Positions 60,801 to 64,000 of a stretch of DNA of 64,000 nt are shown piece by piece. Numbering within the stretch: the first letter of the stretch is position 1; every line of letters begins with the position of its first letter. Made by a program: the position numbers and the translations under genes. This DNA comes from Mycoplasma sp. CAG:956 (GTDB taxonomy: Bacteria > Bacillota_I > Bacilli_A > RF39 > UBA660), in the NCBI GenBank assembly GCA_000433475.1, contig HF993109.1:133712-197711 (forward strand), given 5' to 3'. The notes under the pieces are model-generated. The model made no database searches, was not told the origin of the DNA, and worked only from the letters and a program-made list of their open reading frames with translations.

Positions 60801-63800
60801 GAATTATTAGAAAATATTCAAAATTTAATTACTAGTGCTAAAGATGGAAATGGACTATCAGGCATCTTGAAAGGTGCTACAACTTTAGCCGAAAATTTCT
60901 TTAAAGATTTAACTGATGTAAGTTCTATTAAAGAATTAGCCGTTTCCTTCGGAGCAGCTATTTCTGGAGCAATTCAATCAGCTAGTGGCAACTTACAAAA
61001 TATATATCAACAATTAAGTAATACTTGGAGTCAAATATTTAATATTAATAGTCTAAGTGATATTAATATCAGTGGCTTATATAATTCCTTAACAAGTGCC
61101 TTTACAGTTGACTGGGAAAAATGTATCATTGGTGAGGGTAATACCGAAGCTACAGATCCAGGTGGAAACTCTTATACCGTTCAAGCCCAAAATATGTATT
61201 GTAAAGTTGTTTGTAAAGAAGACTATGCTATAAAAATGCCAGGAAACTTAGGAACTGTTTATGCTGGTCAAAATTTATCTACTAATATTGATAATATCTA
61301 TCATGCTACTATTGGTATGGCTGGTCAAAGAACTTGTGTAAGTACTAAAATAGATAATGATTCTTATGTAAATGATGCTGCGGCTGTAAAAGATAATATT
61401 TTAACAGCATATAATGAATTCCAAAAGCATTATGCCCATTATAAAGAATTAAAAAATAATTATAGTCAATTTGAAAATAAAGATAAAGAAGCTTATAACG
61501 ATAAAAAAGTTGTATCCGTTGATATATCGTTAGATGGTGTAAAAGCTGACTTTGAAAATGTTATTAAAACTACAATGAGTACTTTCTTAACTAACTTAGT
61601 CAATCCAACTAATGAAGAACAACGTGATTTACTAGATACTTTAAAACAAGAGCTTACAAATAGTTTAGCAGGGGATAATGGTATCGTTATGAAATTAATT
61701 GGTACCTTCATGCAAAAGGGAAGTATTGGAGCCGATGATATAAGTAGTGTTTTAACATCTTCTATCGGAAGTAAAGGTGAAGAATTAGCAAATGGCTTTA
61801 AAAAACGATTTGAAGATGCTTTATCGACAACTGCAACATCACTTCAAAATCAATTAGAAACAATTGCTAAAAAATATGCTACTGACGGTGCTTTATCAGT
61901 TGGTAGTACCGCTGGTAAAATGGCTTTATCAGCAGCATGCAAAATTTTAACTAGACTTCCTTATGTAAATGCTGTTGCAACACCTGTTTGTGAAGCTTAT
62001 GCTGGTGCTACAACAATTGCAAGTAATGCTATAACCTCTGTTAGTAAAGCAACTATTAACAACTTAAAAATATTTGCTATTCATGATTATTCAAATATTA
62101 GTTTAGATGGCTCATATAATAAGTTTAAATATAATACTACCAATACTGATAATATTTCTAAATTAAAAGCTTCCATAACAGAAAATAGTGAAATTGCAAA
62201 TGAAGGTAATTTAACATTTAGTAAAGATAGAAAACAATTATGGGTAATGGAATCAGGTTCTTATAATGTTTCTACCACATATTTTGGTATCTCTGTAGAT
62301 TTAACTATGTTAAAGAAAGCCTTTGATAGCTTTAGTAATTTAGGTAATGCTGATTATGGAGTAATATCAGATACCCTAGAATATATAACAAAAACCGTTT
62401 CTAAGTTAGGAGAATCTACTAGTTATTCTAGTGCTAAAGGCTCAAAAGAAGCTTTAGAAAAAATGCAAAATTCTGGTGTTTTAGACAATGTTCTTTCTAT
62501 TATCGGTAATTTAACTCAAGCCTTAGGAGACATTAGTGGAGCCTTAGGAAATGCTCAAACTGATATAACTAAATATGTTGATACAGCCCTAGATGGTATC
62601 TACTACTTACTTGGTGCCTTTAATCCATACTATTATCAAGTAGCACTTGTAAGAGAGCAAATGCTAAATGCTAAAAATCAATATGATGAATATCGTAAAC
62701 AATTAGAACAACTTGCTGGTAATATGAACCAATGTACAATGTTTGCTAATGAATATGAATTTGATCCAGACTTAGTATTTACTTATGGATATCCAAATAA
62801 TAGTCTATTAGATTATATTGTTGATAAGAAAAATAGTACAGCTGATTCTATTAGACTAAAAGCAATTAATCCTCAAGAATCTGCTGAAACTGTAACTTAT
62901 TATTGTAAAGATGATGTTCCAATTAATAACATTCAAGATATTTCAACTATAATGAGTGGTAAGTGTACAACATCTGATGGTATGTTTGGTGGTATTGTTG
63001 CCTCAGTATTCGGAAGTGATAGTCAAATGTCAACTATCTTGAAAAAATTCCAAGAAAATTCTGATGGTTTACGCAAATTGCTAAATAATGATAAAGTTAA
63101 AGAATATATAAATAGTACTGGTTATGCATCAAAACTTAATGACGTCTTATGTTCTGGTCTTGGTACATCATTCTGTGATTTACTTGATACCGATGATACT
63201 GATGGAGATTCTTTAATTACTAATGTTCCAGGTGATATTGTTTATACTTTAAAAGATACTAAATTATCTACTAGTTCTTGGAGCAATGTTAAATCAATAT
63301 TTAGTGGTGGCATTCATGAAATCGATAAAAATATTACTAATAGTTTAAAATATACAACAACTGGTGATAACAAATTTACTTATCGAAATGCTAAACGAGT
63401 AGTTAGTGTTTCCAGATATGGTAATCCAGGTGTGTCTATTTCTGGTTTAAGCTTTACAAGTTTATTATCAAATATTGCTTCTTGGATATCTAGTGAAGCT
63501 GGTGGCACTACATCAGATGCCCTAAATAAAATCAATGATACTGTTATGAGTGTAACTGGACAAGGTGCTCAAAAATTCATTTACTATCAATCAAGCTTGC
63601 CTTACTTTACGACATCTAATAAAGGTATCTATACAACCTCATCGGCACCTAGCGATGCAATTTATATCGATGCTGGTGATAAAGCTTTAACTGATGATAA
63701 AATTAAGACTACTGATGGTTCGAAAAAAGAAGCAAATGGTTTAGTATATCCAATTGCCTTATCAACAGCATCAGGAACTTATAGTTATCAAATAAAAATT

Positions 63801-64000
63801 AACAATGTTGGTCAATATTATAATAATACTTTAGGTCTTGGACGTATCATTGATAATAATGGTTATGTAAGTGGTTTACTAGCAAACCAATATGTATGTA
63901 AATACGAAGTTGAAACAGAACCACCTACACCAAATCCAACGTGTGAAGAAATCTTAGAATCATCTGATTGTAAAGATGAAAATGGTTACTTTAAAGATTT
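57855..64000 (+). CDS. Giant secreted protein, 3'-partial (>2048 aa), with Gly/Ala/Ser small-residue helical segments
   Basis: ATG overlaps upstream stop (TAATG); SP MKKNSKLLSVTLFLILTYFIAIPNTLA; frame 3 open to window end (spot-checked at 58200, 61440, 63960); absent from ORF track only because no stop is reached; segments such as AVSFGAAISGAIQSASG and GALSVGSTAGKMALSAA. Confidence 0.7.
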   Translation, partial: MKKNSKLLSVTLFLILTYFIAIPNTLAKKIQCTYNKTINVGGLDSAYNGSKTIDLTNIVKYCDHDFDTSTDSITSAKGDYVNATAKDNKVTLWYLNNLKNDTTETEITIKYKKPVPIGSAFGSDSHTIVAKVKLVKTTLKPEITKEVTINTKELEIKSLVEEYMKTHSTNKEFDETKYKYKSKNLVKNGNIAFLTGMPGDINKVAVDVNALAKQTNSISNNLIIKYSYAGTNYQLTVHVNYKYGFGITTINKNYNQKDFEHGSIKINLKNEVAKSQGNVSSSRVTIESIDSGNGFLVGKKDTNEIIIFAGEVKTLKVNTVSNLNFKYRIDGGVLKTGIFKANIRVDGSQSSSSKTDTGTTTPEEEACYEFSNTGIYYWGTKTNAEAKSQGMMPKITTKTKAECNATNATKKDTDEEADAAQTPDSGLASGTSSVTELGENACKSYIIRRVRGYNSSSTKIPTYNDSYFRSAIGLAGSAYQYYYVYKATYNCSGYDKNTNVTAFCIDPGARGAENTGTKYNVGKTIDKDKALGKGLYHLYTYWYLDHRSEISSTYSGTSPNGAEDLVDYVINNVARQLVSKYGAASGITFTNPLKNGYGNKSQLTYEYNAYKTKTVGIDALSSLKSKEILTKVWQDTDDYASGRKKDESNQTDVKFGINLDSSSTKNSKKGFDAEFTVTIQTQDKDILKAITENYKITATVVENGTEKDITDGITSSIDESGWQTSSDGTTMTAKFKASAEDIYSYVSESAIDNVKINFNIHYSDKRSINNIMYLTPTGGKYQKFISFLNGTIDTKRSVSIEMGKQEVNNCRPTFAMPCVDKETVVYLIEGTQSGTLYNTVMNGIKSAGDVKNIISNAYNMVKSLLDNGLSGLGDSELKLISSFIYNIADKVNITGNIKNELSFLQTLGNNGNNTAKQLYQLLTNTQFTSDSKQNYTQLQSLFVSSILNALTGGYDKLVSEWQEILATAEKQVSNSKLSKSTYELLENIQNLITSAKDGNGLSGILKGATTLAENFFKDLTDVSSIKELAVSFGAAISGAIQSASGNLQNIYQQLSNTWSQIFNINSLSDINISGLYNSLTSAFTVDWEKCIIGEGNTEATDPGGNSYTVQAQNMYCKVVCKEDYAIKMPGNLGTVYAGQNLSTNIDNIYHATIGMAGQRTCVSTKIDNDSYVNDAAAVKDNILTAYNEFQKHYAHYKELKNNYSQFENKDKEAYNDKKVVSVDISLDGVKADFENVIKTTMSTFLTNLVNPTNEEQRDLLDTLKQELTNSLAGDNGIVMKLIGTFMQKGSIGADDISSVLTSSIGSKGEELANGFKKRFEDALSTTATSLQNQLETIAKKYATDGALSVGSTAGKMALSAACKILTRLPYVNAVATPVCEAYAGATTIASNAITSVSKATINNLKIFAIHDYSNISLDGSYNKFKYNTTNTDNISKLKASITENSEIANEGNLTFSKDRKQLWVMESGSYNVSTTYFGISVDLTMLKKAFDSFSNLGNADYGVISDTLEYITKTVSKLGESTSYSSAKGSKEALEKMQNSGVLDNVLSIIGNLTQALGDISGALGNAQTDITKYVDTALDGIYYLLGAFNPYYYQVALVREQMLNAKNQYDEYRKQLEQLAGNMNQCTMFANEYEFDPDLVFTYGYPNNSLLDYIVDKKNSTADSIRLKAINPQESAETVTYYCKDDVPINNIQDISTIMSGKCTTSDGMFGGIVASVFGSDSQMSTILKKFQENSDGLRKLLNNDKVKEYINSTGYASKLNDVLCSGLGTSFCDLLDTDDTDGDSLITNVPGDIVYTLKDTKLSTSSWSNVKSIFSGGIHEIDKNITNSLKYTTTGDNKFTYRNAKRVVSVSRYGNPGVSISGLSFTSLLSNIASWISSEAGGTTSDALNKINDTVMSVTGQGAQKFIYYQSSLPYFTTSNKGIYTTSSAPSDAIYIDAGDKALTDDKIKTTDGSKKEANGLVYPIALSTASGTYSYQIKINNVGQYYNNTLGLGRIIDNNGYVSGLLANQYVCKYEVETEPPTPNPTCEEILESSDCKDENGYFKD

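Noticed and set aside
1-64000. Possibility of translation table 4 (UGA=Trp, Mollicutes)
   Set aside because: Long conserved proteins (PFOR 1122 aa, FtsK 762 aa, ABC exporters) are complete without any in-frame TGA. At least one gene (840..4355) terminates at TGA exactly where the paralogous C-terminal modules end.
1-64000. CRISPR arrays, rRNA genes, prophage or integrase genes
   Set aside because: No regularly spaced direct repeats, rRNA-like conserved blocks, or phage structural or integrase motifs were seen on either strand.

Overview
This 64-kb window is very AT-rich and gene-dense. It looks like chromosomal DNA from a low-GC Gram-positive-type bacterium of Bacillota or Mollicute-like lineage. 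The standard genetic code appears to be in use: an 1122-aa PFOR and a 762-aa FtsK read through without in-frame TGA, so code 4 is unlikely. Clear housekeeping genes are FtsK, RecX, a PrsA-like lipoprotein foldase, pyruvate:ferredoxin oxidoreductase, an XRE regulator, a MarR regulator with a heterodimeric ABC exporter pair, an Erm/KsgA-family rRNA methyltransferase, tRNA-Arg(ACG) and tRNA-Pro(UGG), a RelQ-like small alarmone synthetase, a Dgt-like HD hydrolase, an M16 peptidase pair and ribosomal protein S4.

The most unusual region is the first ~11 kb. It holds a cluster of four paralogous genes with no signal peptide, built from tandem HA (helicase-associated) repeats or a derived ~110-aa HA-like module. 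All four end in the same ~75-aa C-terminal module. The cluster also contains decayed HA and C-module fragments, near-identical 333-339-bp intragenic tandem repeats, and a 247-bp tandem duplication (not a multiple of 3) that splits the largest gene into two ORFs.

Other notable items:
- an ISL3-derived MITE-like remnant with perfect 24-bp inverted repeats;
- an intact IS3-family element with a -1 frameshift arrangement;
- two tiny YjcZ-like membrane peptides upstream of ftsK, missed by the ORF track;
- a ProA-like pseudoenzyme lacking the catalytic Cys, plus a second ProA-like fragment;
- an orphan 850-aa type-IV-pilin-like repeat protein;
- several bitopic proteins with low-complexity cytoplasmic tails;
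- a giant (>2048 aa, 3'-partial) secreted protein that the ORF track does not list because it runs off the window.

No CRISPR array, rRNA or prophage was seen. All calls rest on reading motifs by eye and should be confirmed by HMM or BLAST searches.
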